DNA from: Octopus bimaculoides
Lineage: Eukaryota
Assembly (NCBI RefSeq): GCF_001194135.2
Contig: NC_068991.1
Span: 52,489,497 to 52,553,496 of the forward strand
Direction: 5' to 3'
DNA length: 64,000 nucleotides
Positions 1-13,566 of the stretch are shown piece by piece (positions within the stretch are counted from its first letter, which is position 1; the number at the start of each line of letters is the position of its first letter). The notes under the pieces are model-generated. The model did no database searches and was not told where the DNA came from. It saw only the letters and a list, made by a program, of their open reading frames with translations. Both the position numbers and the translations under genes were made by a program.

Positions 1-18
1 ATATATATATATATATAT

Positions 19-62
<44 letters not shown>

Positions 63-1229
63 ATATGTATGTATGTATGTATTCATATATGTGTATAATA
101 TGTGTGTGTTTCTTTGTCCCTCTCCACAGCCAGTGTTGGTATGTTTAAAGTCCCCATAATTTTGTGGTTCAGCAAAAAAGCCTGATAGAATAAGTACCAG
201 GCTTTAAAAAAAGATAGTACTGGGATTGATTCATTCAACTAAAACCCTGCAAGACAGTGCCCCAGGATGGCCAGAGTCAAATGACTGAAATAAGTAGAAG
301 ATGTAAGATAACCTCTTTTTCAGAGAAAAATGTGTCAAGATTGCAGTGTACAAATTGAAATCTGGAATTTCACAGTTCTATGTTAAACACCACTTCTGTC
401 AATCATAACTCAGAGGAGGAGCTTCCAAGTGGTTGACTTGCTAGAAATAGTAACCATTCAAACTTCCCTCAAATTACATTGTACTTTCTTAAAGAAATAA
501 GTGAGGACACTTTAGATAGAGTGATTCTGCAGAAATTATATCTGAAAGACTAAAACGATGAGATGGCAGTGGTTGGCATATATTTGATTGTGTGTTTCCT
601 TAATCAGGGTTGAGCTGGGGCCAAACAACAACACCTTTTACATAGTCACTTGACCTGCGAGAAATAGCAGCCAAATCCTCTTAAAATTATGCTCAATCCA
701 CATGAAAACAAACAGATTGGATAATGCAGTATGTCTGAAAATGAGATGGGAGTGTCATGTTTGAAATGTCTTACTGTTGACGTTAGGCCAAAAAAAATAT
801 TCACCAGTTCTGCTACTGTCAAAATGAACAAAGTGCTGGCATCATAATTACAAAGACATTTTAGATTAGGAAGCTAAAAATTCCTCACGTAATGATGAAA
901 CATTTTTCATCAACTCATCTGACATTGATAGGAATGTAAATGTTTTTAAAAACATGAAGTTCAAAAGAGTTGATGCTTAATTTCTGGAATAAACTAGATG
1001 AGAAATAAATAGCATCTTGTTATGACATCACTATTGCATGTAGAATTCCCAGATAGTCTTTCTGACAATTGGCTGACCTAAGGCATCTAACATTAAGAGT
1101 TTAACCCAAATACACAGCAAGATTCTTCAGAGTTTCTGTTTCAAAACCTTATGCTACAATACCATAGCTGATGGCATAAAAGACACATAGACATATTAGA
1201 TGCAAACCAATTTCAGCAGCAGCAGATCA

Positions 1230-1900
1230 TCAACAACAACAACAAAAACAACATCATTTAACATTTGTTTTCCATGCTGTAATGGGCTGGATGGTTTGAT
1301 GAGCTGGCAAGCTGGAGTCACACCAGATACCAATTGTCTGTTTTGGCAAGGTTTCTACAACTGGATGCCTTTCCTAATAGCAACCACTTAACAGAATGTA
1401 CTGGGTGTTTCTCACATGGCATCAGTACTTTTCATGTGGAACAAGCATCGGTGTTTTTATGTGGTACAAACAGGGATGCCTTTTACATAGAACTAGCATA
1501 GGTGCTTCTACATAGTGCAAGCACATGTGCCTTTTACATGGCACCAGCATGAGTGTTTTTTAGATGATGCCAGCACAGATGCTCTTTATGTGGCACCAGC
1601 ACAGGTGTTTTTCACGTGACACCAGCATCTGCAGGGTTGCCAAGTAGCTTTGCAAGACAAGGACATCTCAGCTGAGACAGGGAGAGGAACTGAGAGAAGT
1701 GGCCATGTACCAGGCAAGAAGTTGAAGAATGACAGGTCAAGGATAGCTGTCTCACTACAGAGGAGATACTTGGCTACCCCAGTAGGACAAGGAAACAAAG
1801 GGAGGTAGGAGAGAGTTTAGGGACAGAGACAAGACAGAGTGAGATAGGGAGGGCCAACTTACAGGGAACAATGATGCGAGAGTAGTTAAAGCATGCAATA
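1230..1900 (-). repeat. RTE-related 3' tail remnant with degenerate ~22-nt tandem units
   Basis: catttaacatttgttttccatgctg...ctggatgcctttcctaatagcaaccac block. Similar remnants at ~9455-9700, 26397-26825, 38780-39500, 57772-57930, 58288-58550, 59452-59940. Confidence 0.7.
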
Positions 1901-2574
1901 ATGACCCAACTTCAAATATAGGTCCTGAGGTGATTTTTAAAAAATGTTTTTTGTGGAAAAAGAATGTCTCAAATGCCATCAAATGTGATAGTTCTATCAA
2001 TTATCTTCTACAATTAAAATAAAACCAACATTAAACACAAATATTATGGGGTTTGCACTGTTATTTTATACTATACACACACACACGTGTGTGTGTGTGT
2101 GTGTGTCACCTAATTAGGTACAACTCCTCCATTCAGCATCAATAAATTAAGTACCAGTGAAACACTTGGGTTGATGTAGTTGACTAATCCTGTCCCCAAA
2201 ATTTCAGGGCTTGTGCTGATAGTAGAAAGGATTATGGTTATTTTGCTGGGTATGATGGAAAATGCCAGCTGTCCACAAGAAACCTGTGAAGAATTCTTGC
2301 AGTTCCAAGCAGTGTTGATTTGTGTAGGTGTTCTACCTTCAAACTTGCACCAATCTTTTTCAGCCAAGTTGGGAGTTGAGTGCTGATACTTCCAAGTGCA
2401 CCAATTACTATTAGTATCACATCTACTCTCTTTATTGACTACAACCTTTGTCTTTCCCACTTTAAATCGTCAGAGCTATTAATTTTTTCTTCTCTCACAT
2501 TGATCCTGTTGTCACCAAGGCATGCTATGTCGATTATCATACATCTTCTTTCCCTTTTTTATTCACCACAACAA

Positions 2575-3175
2575 TGTCTGGTTTCCAATGTCTGGTCAAG
2601 TGATCACCCTGGATCATTGCATCCCACAGGATTTTGCAGTTCTCATTTTCTCATTTTCACTGGAAAATGGCGACCAGCCAGGGCTTTTTTCATTTTTGAG
2701 AATAGATGAAAGTCAGAGGGGGCTAAGTCTGGCGAATAAGGCAGATGGGGAACAAGTTCGTACCCACAATCATGAATTGTTGCCATGGCAACCACTGAGG
2801 TGTGGGATGGAACATTGTCATGATGAAAACGAACTCCTCTGGTGAGCATTCGCAGCCTTTTTTCTTTGATTGCTTCTTGGAGGCATTTTTAGTTGCTGAC
2901 AATAATACAGCCCTGTCACGCTGTGACCCTTTCAAGGTAATTGATCAGCAAGACAACTTGAGAATCCCAAAAAACGGATGCCATGACCTTGTCAGCTGAA
3001 AGAATGACCCTAGCCTTCTTTGGGGCAGGAGAGGATGAGTGCTTCCACTGCTTTGATTGTTCTTTAGTTTCAGGCTGGTAGTGATGAGCCCAACTTTCAT
3101 CCATAATAGTGAAACAAGTAAGAAAATTCTCTTCATCGGCTTCAAACGGTTCCAGATTGCTCATGGACAAAGTGC
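2575..3175 (-). mobile_element. mariner (DD34D-type) transposase remnant
   Basis: TIMDESWAHHYQPETKEQSKQWKH, FHHDNVPSHTS, HLPYSPDLAPSDFHLF. Confidence 0.9.
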
Positions 3176-3459
3176 ACCTGGTACACACACATACATTGGT
3201 GCAGATGTGGCTATGTGGTAAGAAGCCTCCTTCCCAACCACATGATTGCACTTTGAGCAAATGTCTTCTACTATAGCCTCGGGCCAACCAAAGACTTGTG
3301 AGCGGATCTGGTAGACAGAAACTGAAAGAATCCCATTGCATGTGAGTGTGTGTATAATATACTAGCTTAAAAGCCGCACTCTTGGGTCTTCAGCCCCAAA
3401 CTAAAAGGTGCTAAATAGTATGACTATAATGCATTTATAATGAATATTTGCCCCAGTAG

Positions 3460-3830
3460 TGTTTGATCAGAGGTTAAGGACAGATGAGAATTAATTCTGT
3501 AATGTAATCATTCTATTGTTCCAGTCCCAAGTTGAATTCCGACTGTTGGTCAATTTCGACATAAAATTAACAGTTAATATCATTTATCTCTGACATCGTC
3601 TGACAAATGCCACCAAGATGGCATGAATCAGCCAAGCTTTACCTGCTAGAAATAGGAACCCAAATGCTTTTAAATCAGATCCCAATGATGGATGCTCAAG
3701 AACCAAATGAAGGGCAGATTTTCAATCCTGGGATCATCCTAATTCCAAAAAGGTATGATATGCCAATGTAGAGCAAATGTAGACTGAGATACAAAGGTCC
3801 AAGACAGACAGAATTTTGCTTTTATTATTA
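3460..3830 (+). repeat. Dispersed repeat (SINE-like family G) with antisense copy at ~35670-35855
   Basis: 3641-3820 aligns by eye to the reverse complement of 35670-35855 over ~180 nt; (TTA)n tail. Confidence 0.7.
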
Positions 3831-3857
3831 TTATTATTATTATTATCATCATCATTA

Positions 3858-4144
3858 TTGTTGTTGTTGTTGGCACTCCGTCGCTTACGACGTCGAGGGT
3901 TCCAGTTGATCCAATCAACGGAACAGCCTGCTCGTGAAATTAACGTGCAAGTGGCTGAGCACTCTACAGACACGTGTACCCTTAACGTAGTTCTCGGGGA
4001 TATTCAGCGTGACACAGTGTGACAAGGCTGACCCTTTGAATCACAGGCACATCAGAAACAGGAAGTAAGAGTGAGAGAAAGTTGTGGTGAAAGAGTACAG
4101 CAGGGTTCGCCACCATCCCTTGCCGGAGCCCCGTGGAGCTTTAG
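3858..4144 (-). mobile_element. SINE family B, 3' two-thirds (head lost in gap)
   Basis: High identity to 59180-59450; (TTG)n tail on +. Confidence 0.88.
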
Positions 4145-4716
4145 NNNNNNNNNNNNNNNNNNNNNNNNNNNNNNNNNNNNNNNNNNNNNNNNNNNNNNNN
4201 NNNNNNNNNNNNNNNNNNNNNNNNNNNNNNNNNNNNNNNNNNNNNNNNNNNNNNNNNNNNNNNNNNNNNNNNNNNNNNNNNNNNNNNNNNNNNNNNNNNN
4301 NNNNNNNNNNNNNNNNNNNNNNNNNNNNNNNNNNNNNNNNNNNNNNNNNNNNNNNNNNNNNNNNNNNNNNNNNNNNNNNNNNNNNNNNNNNNNNNNNNNN
4401 NNNNNNNNNNNNNNNNNNNNNNNNNNNNNNNNNNNNNNNNNNNNNNNNNNNNNNNNNNNNNNNNNNNNNNNNNNNNNNNNNNNNNNNNNNNNNNNNNNNN
4501 NNNNNNNNNNNNNNNNNNNNNNNNNNNNNNNNNNNNNNNNNNNNNNNNNNNNNNNNNNNNNNNNNNNNNNNNNNNNNNNNNNNNNNNNNNNNNNNNNNNN
4601 NNNNNNNNNNNNNNNNNNNNNNNNNNNNNNNNNNNNNNNNNNNNNNNNNNNNNNNNNNNNNNNNNNNNNNNNNNNNNNNNNNNNNNNNNNNNNNNNNNNN
4701 NNNNNNNNNNNNNNNN

Positions 4717-4745
<29 letters not shown>

Positions 4746-4749
<4 letters not shown>

Positions 4750-5303
4750 AGGTGGGCCAAAAGAAGGTATACACTTTTTGAATTAACTTATTTCTCTTTT
4801 TACAGGTACCATGAATAATGACAAATAATTTAACTCAAGAACAAAGGAAGTGGATTGAAACCAGAGCTAGTTTTTTCCAAACTGTTCTTCTAACAAGGTG
4901 GGGCACCTCTTTATTATGCTTTGGCAGTCAGAGACTACCTTGACAATACCTTCCCACAGCATTGGATTGGACGCCATGGCAGCATTGAATGGCCACCATG
5001 TTCACATGGCTTAACACCAATGGACTTCTTTAAGTGGGGAGTAATAAAGAATAAGGTTTATGAGAAATAAAGTCACACAGTGGATGATTTAAAAGACTTC
5101 ATCCAGGAAGCTCTTATTGAAATTGATGCAGATTGGAATTTGTGGCATGTTGTGTGTCGTGGTGTTCTGAAATGGTTTGAGGGATGTTGCAATTTTGAGC
5201 ATTTACGAGATTAAACTGTGTTTAATAAATGTAATTGCAATAAATAAGTGTAGATGTAATAAAATGGAAAAAAAATTGAAATATATACCTATGGTCCATC
5301 CTA
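4746..5303 (+). mobile_element. Internally deleted Tc1-like element
   Basis: Imperfect TIRs (CAAGGTGGGCCAAAAGAAGGTATA / TATACCTATGGTCCATCCTATA); HWIGRHGSIEWPPCSHGLTPMDFFKWG (WPPRSPDLTP-type). Confidence 0.78.
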
Positions 5304-5319
5304 TATATACTATATGTCG

Positions 5320-5918
5320 ACTGCAATGAAAGGTAGGCTCACTCCTTCGCTCGAGGAGTTATCTCACTCCTGAGACTATTTTTTTATCTTTATAAGTCCA
5401 CCATTCACTCCTGCATTGAGTACTATTGTCAAATACGGGCAGGTGCTCTTGCGGATTGTTTAATTCTGTTGGACCACATTTAGCGCCGTATCTGTAATGC
5501 TCTTGGTCCTGATCTGTCTTCTAAACTGGATTCACTCTCTTATCGTCGTCGTGTGGCTTCCTTGTCTCTTTTCTACAAGTATTTTCATGGACATTGTTCA
5601 GATGAGCTCTCTTCTCTGGTTCCTCCGTTAAGAACTTAGCAGCGATGAACTAGACTTGCATCCAGTTCTCATCAGTATACTGTGCAACCTCCCAAGTGTC
5701 GTAACGCACTTTACAGTACCAGTTTCTTCCCTCGCACCTTTGAACTTTGGAATTCCCTTCCACAATCTTGTTTTCATCTTCAATATGACCTCCAGTCTTT
5801 TAAGACTAATGTACATCGTCACCTATTGACTTCTGTCAAACGTCCATTTTATTCTAGTAGATCTTTACGTTTTCAGTGGTCTAAGGACCTTGTAACGAGC
5901 AAATGCTTTAAAAAAAAA
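5320..5918 (+). mobile_element. CR1/L2-group LINE 3' end
   Basis: CIEYYCQI, LSYRRRVASLSLFYKYFHGHCSDELSSLVPP, SFFPRTFELWNSLPQSCF..SFKTNVHRHL, followed by an A-run. Confidence 0.82.
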
Positions 5919-6784
5919 TGTGTGCGTAAGCGTTTGTCTCCTTCTCTTGACTTCACATAGTAGTTATAAACAAACGTCCCTGCCATACGAATAGTATATC
6001 TTGTTTCCAGAGCTCTGTGAAAACAACGTCCAGCCATGCAGAAATAGTAATTTGCTTGAAAAATAGGTGACAATTCGGTAACAGGAAGACGATCCAACAG
6101 TAGGAAATCTAGGCACAAAAATTTTCATTTCACCTACGCAAGCAAGATAAATTGGACATGAAACCGATAGTGCGGATGATGACGACGACGATGATGATGA
6201 ATACCTATGGTGCTTATATATGTGTTTGTGACCGCGTGTGTACGTGTAATTGGAAATTGAATTGTCTCATATGAGAATAAAACGACATCTTGTTTTATAA
6301 AACAATTTCTTAACCTAAGAAAACAAACGAACCACAAAGGTGGAGGGTGGAGTGAAATCTCTGTCGCCACTCGACTTGCAAAAAACAGCAGCCAATTACC
6401 GCAAATTACCCGCTAAACTTTATAACCTACGAGTATAGTTTCCTTTTTAAGACAGATGACTGTGCTTTGAGGAAATTTGGCTGCTCTTTCAGGCAGTTTC
6501 TAACAGAGAATCACCTGTTAGGAGATCAGTTGTTTTGGGAAAATGAACGAAAATGATTTATGCATGATGTAACTGCCGTTAATAACAACAATGAAACCCT
6601 TTGTTCTTACAAAAGGTTAGGGTTCTAAAATGTAATAGTAAAAGATTTGCAGTTACCTCCCTTGGACTGCTAAAAAAAGATTTTGACGTAACTAAAACAA
6701 AGTTACCTCCCTTTACCTGCAATCCTAATTATTTCTTCTCAAAAAATAAATAATATAAAGCATGTTCAATATTTGGGGACTGAA

Positions 6785-7110
6785 AAGGCAGCCAGCTAGC
6801 AGAATCGTTAGCGCGCTGGGCTAATGCTTAGTGGCATTTCATCCGTCTATGTGTTCTAAATTGACTTTACCTTTCATCGTTTTGGAGTCGATAAAATAAG
6901 TACCAGTTGTGTTAGCGCTTTATCGCCTCCCCAAAACCTGCTGGTCTTGCGCCTAAATTTGAAACTAATATTTTGTGACTGAAAAAGCAGCAAGCCGACA
7001 AAATTGTTACTACGCTAGGTAAAATATTTAGTAGCATTTCAGAGTTCAAATTCCGCCCAGGTCAACTTTGCTTTCCATCTTTTCAGGATCGATAAATTAA
7101 GTACAAGTTA
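6785..7110 (+). mobile_element. Two tandem copies of SINE family C
   Basis: gcagaatcgttagc...ctttcatc(c)tttcggggtcgataaaataagtaccag-type core. Other copies at ~2130-2235, 10003-10138, 42215-42378, 52640-52860. Confidence 0.75.
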
Positions 7111-7657
7111 AGCACTCTCCCTCCCTCTCTCTCTCTCTCTTCAACACTCTGAGATGAGCTCCAGGATTCTGTATTCATACAAAACTTCAACGGGTTCTGT
7201 ATTTGTGTAAACTTCAAGAAAAATTCTGCTTAGCAATCAAAAAATAAACAGATCCTGTATTTGCTAATTGAGAGATTATTTAACCAAAGAGAACAAACAC
7301 ATTAACATCCCAACATCAGTGAACTTAGACATTCAACAGTTTTCACTGCTATTTATAGAATTGCCATTGCATTTACAAACTTTCAATTATCCCCAAAATT
7401 CTTGATATGTTCCTATACTCTATAACTGTATGTAATTTGATTTCTAATTAAGATATTCTCTAGTCTTTAGTGTTATTTTACCTTGTTTTACATACACATC
7501 TTATATAACATCTTTTGTTTCAATTGTTTAGCCTCAATATTAAATAAATCATTATTGTTGATACGATGTCATTGTCCGACTTATCTTTTTCTCAGATTCA
7601 TACAGACGCATACATACTTAATTTTTTCTGCCTTCTTCATACATTTATGGACACATA

Positions 7658-8420
7658 TATGAGGGTCAGCTAAAATCTGAAACTGACCAGGATACTTTCA
7701 TGGAATGAGGTTTATTTTTCAGCAATGTCCCCTTTGTGGTCCACACACTTCTTCTATCAGTGTTATAATGCTTGGATCCCATTGGTGAAGAAGTTTTCAT
7801 CCTGTTGCTCAAAGAATTCATCAGCAGCAGATATGACGTCATCGTCATCACTGTGATACTGGTTCCCAGCCAAGTGTTTTTACAAGTTGGGGAGCAGATG
7901 ATAGTCAGATGAGTACAAATCAGAAGAATAGGGAAGCTGATCAGCCAGTTCGTAGTCACAGTCACACACAGCAGCCATTGAAACCAAGGACTTGTGTGCT
8001 GAAGCATTGTCCTGATGAAACAACAAGACACCTTTCATCAGTTATCTTGGATGTTTGGTCTTGATAGCCTTTAGCAACTGCCCCTGCAAATTGGCATGGT
8101 ACTTTCCATTTTGAGGATAGTCAATAAATACAATGCTTTTTGCATCCTAAAACACTGAGGCCATCACCTTTCCTTCAGCTGAAACGTCCTTCACTTTCTT
8201 TGGAGCAGAGGAGGAGGGTGTTTCCACTGCATGGATTGACTCTTCATCTCTGGCTCAAAGTGATGAATCCAATACTCATCTTGGGTCAGGAAATGTTTAA
8301 GCAAACCAGCTGGGTCTGCTTCAAACAATGTCAGATTTTCTTGTGATGTGATCACTCATTAATACAAATATGTTTCTACACACCTGTTTTGTGAGACATA
8401 TGTAACACCTGATCTAGTGT
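7658..8420 (-). mobile_element. mariner transposase remnant (related to the 2.6-3.2 kb copy)
   Basis: HQDNASAHKS..LPYSSDLYSSDYHL, C-terminal KKCVDHKGD; terminal repeat starting TA|TGAGGG. Confidence 0.85.
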
Positions 8421-10137
8421 AGTTTTTTTGTGTAGTGGAACCTAGAACTGAAACCTTACGGCTTTAGTAACTAGGATCTGGCCGCACTCAGATCAGGCAG
8501 TGTTCCCTGAATAACAACAAATCATCTTGAAGAAATATCACCTCAAATCATTGAATGTTCTATCATGTTTCCATATAAATAAGGGTTTTAAAAGCAAAAG
8601 CACACCAGAATCAACATAGAGATTCCAGAAGATTCCAGAGAAGATAGTCGAATACAGGATTTTGGTTGCTGATTTATTTCATCTTCAATGCACTTCTCCA
8701 AACATGTACCACAAACACAATATCCTCAGCTTTCACCACACAAACAAGTGGCCAGCCAATTTTTAATCACAAACATGCCAGAGGTGCACACAGGATGCAA
8801 AGACAACAAGCCCTTAAAACAGGCAAGTTTCCTTCGTTGCAGCTCAACCCTGGTTTAAAGGAATCCTCGATTATAATGAACAGAGTATTTTTCCTGCCTT
8901 TTATGCGAAGCTAATCTTTTCTTTTATTAATGTAAATATGAACTACATTTGCTTCTAGTAACCCCGCAATACACTACTGGCAAGCCACTCTATAATTATG
9001 AAAATATTGTGATATACTGTAAAAATAAATGTTATTTAAACAACATTGGATTTGATTTTATTATTGGACAACACACAGCCTTAGCATCATGCTAATATAT
9101 CAAGACCTATTTAATGAAAGATACACTTGACTTAGAACATTCTCAGTCAGACTTTTAAAGATAATTTTGACAATTTTCTTAAAAGAAGCTAGATGTCATT
9201 TCAGTACATCATGATACAAGAAGCAGGTTAAAAGTGGTTGTAAAATGACTAAGCACTTCTTCGTTAACTCACAAAGAGAAGCACAATACTTTGTGGAAGG
9301 TTTTTTGTTGTTTAGTTTTTTGTGCTTTTTTACTTTTTGTAAATCAACCAGGTGTTTGGATTTTCCCCCAAACTAGTTCCAAAACATTTCTTAAAGCTTC
9401 ACTAAAAATTAGAAACAGTTAAGACCAGTCTTTCTGGTGGAGAGGATTTACCTGCAGGAGTCCTGTGTCGATGCCATGTAAAAAGCAATCATGCTGGTGT
9501 CATGTGAAAGTGCTCATGCAGTGCTACATAAAAATCCCAGCACACACTGTGAAGTGGTTGGCTTGAGGGAGGGCATCCAGCCATAGAAACCATACCAAAT
9601 CAGACTGGAGTCTGGTGCAGCATCCCAGCTTGCCAGCTCTGATCAAACCATCCAACTCATGGCAGTACAGACAACAGACAGTAAATGATGATGATGATGA
9701 AAATAAAATTGACACTCCCCCAAAAATGCAGAGAAAAATTTCTTACTAAATTTGGTTTGTTCAATGACAGGATGCATAACTCACACACATACAAACAACA
9801 CTAGTATCTCTAGAAGATGGTAGGAAAAATAATTGCAAATTTAAATCGAATTAAAATCTTATTTAATCAACATTGTCCAATTGACCAATCAACTAAGATT
9901 GCTAGACCTTCCATCAACCCAGAAGTTTCTTTTTTCAAATATTCAATATGGCTGCCAACTTTTACTCTGGACCATCACAATATTATTTAATAGTTTTTTT
10001 AGGCAGCAAGCTGACAGAATCGTTAGCAAGCTTGACAAAATGCTTACATAACACCAAAGTCAACTTTGCTTTTCACTCTTTCAGCATCAATAAAATAAAT
10101 ATCAGTTGAACATTGGGGGTGATGTAATCAACTAATC

Positions 10138-11250
10138 CAGTGATGGGGAACATTTTAGTGCATAAAGGCCACCTTACAATTCATCATCCCTCATAGGGAC
10201 TGCATTAAACAAATTATTTTTCTTTTTTTAGTTATTTTATCCCCTAAGTAATTTATTAGTAATCTAATAAAAGAAAGACAGGTGTGTAGAAATCGAAAGC
10301 ATGACTTTTCAAATATTTTATTTAAGTAGGTACATTGTATATAAATAATAAGTAAATGAATAATAATTTTATAAAAAAGACAGCTTATGAACATCAAGTA
10401 TATAACATTTTCAAATATTTAATTTAGGCAAGTAGGTTCTTTTTATACAAATTAATGACTTCTTTGTATTCGCTTTTTTTGAGAAAGCATTTTGATATCA
10501 GGCTCTAACAATGGTTCTTAGTTTCAATTGTTCCTCTAAATGCTCATCTGTCAATTGTGTTCTCAGTGAATTCTTGATTTGCATCAAGTACAAAAATGTG
10601 GATTCACAACAATATGTTGAAGAAAAGCAGGAGATTAGTCGGCATGCATGTTCACAAAGACGAGGATATTCTACTGCATTTTTCCATATTTCAATGGGAT
10701 TTTCTTTCTTGTCAAACAGAGATTTCAGGATATTATCTTCAGACTTTTCAAGGAGCTCCATTTGTAATTCTTCAGGATATATCAACTAAGTGAGGCTGAA
10801 AAGCAAGTTTCAGAGTGATGTTATGTTTTACAAAATCATTAAATCTTTTATTATATTCTTCTATTAATGAGTCTAACACTGACTCATATTCTTCAAAAGA
10901 TTCATAGATATCTTCTTCATTTTCACTCATTACCTCCATAAGCCAAGGAAAGTGTTCTTCTGAAAGTTTTGTTTGAGCCAAAAGGAACTTAAAATGCCCA
11001 AATTTTTTGCCACATATCATAAATACATCTATTTTTGCTTTACAACGAAATGTTTAACTCCTTTTGTTTTGACATCACATCACATAAAAATGCAACATCT
11101 CTGTAAAAATGTTTGTTGTTTTCTTTGACTAATACTTTCCCTTGCGACAACCAGTGTACTTATGAGTGATAAAGCAAATCCCTATTAATTACTTCATCGT
11201 CCACATGTTTCGAAATTGACAATGCTTCAGGGCATTTGCTCGAATACAGG
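10138..11250 (-). mobile_element. hAT (Buster/Charlie-like) transposase C-terminal remnant
   Basis: CAGTGATGGGGAAC terminus; ELQMELLE...YPRL..HACRLISCFSSTYCCESTF..QIKNSLRTQLTDEHL (hAT dimerisation domain pattern). Confidence 0.85.
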
Positions 11251-11421
11251 GTGCATATAATATTTGAGGACAGATTTATGTTTATAAAAAAACAAATACA
11301 TAATAACAGTTAATAACTTTATTTAACAAAAAATGCTATGAGGATAAAAATAAACCTCCTTTTCTATAATGTTATTCAATAAAGCCACCTTCAGCTTCAA
11401 CAACTGCTTCTATATGAGATC

Positions 11422-11950
11422 TATTGGGTTGGCAACTAAGTTCCCGCCGTTTTTTTAAATCTTGGAATCTATTTTTTTCGAGAATTCTATTTTTGAATCA
11501 TTTTGGAATCTATTTTGTATTTTTTATTCTAGTTAATTTTAGTTAATTTTTATTTATTTTCAGATCATTAAAATGGAATGTCAAGTTAAAAAAAAACAAG
11601 CATTTTCGACACCTCTTTCTTTTTGCTTTTAATCAAGGTTCTAAGTCCACAAAAGCTGCTCGCGACATTTGTGCTGTGTATGGAGAGGGTGCCATAGCTG
11701 AAAGAACTGCTCGTGATTGCCAAGTTCAAAAATGGAAATTTCGACTTCAAAGACACACCTCATTTTGGTCATCCAGTTAAGTTCAATGAAGAGCAATTAA
11801 ACCAATTTTTGCCTGAAAATTCTTGTCAAATGACAAGGGAACTGGCAGAGAAAATGGAATGCTTTCACACTGCTGTAGAGAAGCATCTTCACTCGATGGG
11901 AAAGGTTCAGAAGTATGGAGCATGCTTTAAGTGACAACAACAAAAATCAA
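11422..11950 (+). mobile_element. mariner 5' end with TIR and HTH-coding remnant
   Basis: TATTGGGTTGGCAACTAAGT terminus; ATG at 11573 gives MECQV..HFRHLFLFAFNQGSK..AARDICAVYGEGAIAERTA..KFKNGNFDFKD. Confidence 0.85.
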
Positions 11951-13167
11951 TTGTGATATCACAAAACAAGCAAGACATTTTGCCTCCACTATTTACTAAA
12001 AAATATTGCAATTCCCAGTCTTCATTGAAGATCCTGTTTCCTTCTTTCAAAGTTCATTTTAATTTTTTTTGACATAATTATGGGTTGAAAAGAAATGTAT
12101 TTATTCTTAAAAACCATTAAAAAAATGAAAGTTTAATAATGAATTAGTAAAACCAGCCACACACTGAACCAAATAAAACAGTCTTAGACAAGACATGATA
12201 AACTTGCATCCAAAACCATGTTTTTGGTTTTGACTTGAGCAATTGTTACTACCATTCGAGACTGAACAACATTTAGATTAGCTATAATTTTTTTCTGTAA
12301 TTAGTACTATTATTTATCATTACCTAATTGTTGCAGAAATAATGTCAAATATCGTCAGTTTGCAATCTCACAAAATAATGACAATTATTTTGTGACCAAG
12401 ATATGACCAAGATTCCAAGAACATGGTTTCCAACACTGGTTGATAGTGTCTCGTTTAGGACTGTTTTGTTTGAAGCAGTATGCAGCCAGCTTAACAGAGT
12501 AACAATGAATACGATCATTGTATCACTTATCAAGTCTCAAAGTTAAAAAGCAAGTCTGTAAAATTAACGCACTCACTGGTGGATTTACAGTTTCAAATAA
12601 AGCTATAACTAACTCAGTCTCACAAAACAAGTCAGTATGAAGTTGGCCATGACTATGCAATTACTAAGTAAAATATGTAGCACAAATCACAATGAAAAGG
12701 TAGATGAGACAGGAACTCTTTGTGTATCATACATAAAGTCACTTACTCCCACTAGGCTGGTGTAGCTGACAAGGAAATATTCCCTTTATATACTTGTTGC
12801 TTTGAGTTTAAATTCATTGGGTTCAAAAAAATGCTTCCAATCACTGGGAGTGACATCACTAAACACAGTTAACTTTCCTTTCATCTATGTGTGTGTGTAT
12901 TGTAAGTTTAGTGTGTATAATGGTTTTAGACAAAAAATATTCAATGTCAAAAAAGAAAGAAAATATACCAATGGCTGCACTTGATGTCCTGGAAGGCCGC
13001 AGATTCCCTATTTCTGGACTAACCCCTTCCTCTGAAATTGCAGGCCTTCTGCCAAATTTTAAAACCTTTATTTGATAGTTTCTTACACATATTAGGTGAC
13101 TACAAAAACAAGAAAATTATATACATTATTTACATTTGACGGATATTTGTCCTCATCTTGTTTGTTG

Positions 13168-13213
13168 TTAACAATGTTTCGGCTGATATACCCTCTAGCC
13201 TTCATCAAGTGTC
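13168..13213 (-). ncRNA. Degenerate hammerhead copy in left palindrome arm
   Basis: Reverse strand GACAC-TTGATGA-A-GGCT...AGCC-GAA-ACAT-T-GTT: C3U change and ACGT>ACAT; probably inactive. Confidence 0.6.
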
Positions 13214-13443
13214 TTGGGGAAATTTCGAACATGGTTTCTCATTCCTAAGGTATTTTTTGATGTTATTATTATTATTATTATCATTATTATTATTCAGGTC
13301 ACTGCCAGGAATCGAACTCGGAATCTTGGGGTTAGAAGCCCGCACTCTTAACCACTATGCCATATGCCCATGGGCATATGACATAGTGTTTAAGAGTGCA
13401 GGCTACTAACCCCAAGATTCCAAGTTCGATTCCAGGCAGTGAT

Positions 13444-13509
<66 letters not shown>

Positions 13510-13566
13510 CATAATAACATCAAAAAATACCTTAGGAATGAGAACCCAGGTTTGAAATTTTCCCAA

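Noticed and set aside
4041-4818. Long ORFs in the track spanning N-runs (also at 21.6-22.0, 25.0-25.3, 28.7-29.2, 36.3-36.6, 39.2-40.3, 46.8-47.6, 60.4-60.8 kb)
   Set aside because: Artefacts of assembly gaps and flanking microsatellites.
6130-6490. CpG-rich patch with CCAAT as a second promoter
   Set aside because: Partly explained by two oppositely oriented fragments of a dispersed repeat (gacttgc..agcagccaa); no supporting exon found.
12380-12555. TGA read-through (selenocysteine) in a minus-strand exon candidate
   Set aside because: No recognisable selenoprotein motif or SECIS; further stops follow.
13294-13447. Two tRNA-like sequences (anticodon-like TCT / ACT)
   Set aside because: Acceptor and anticodon stems do not pair properly and the anticodons differ between arms; SINE-type heads, not tRNA genes.
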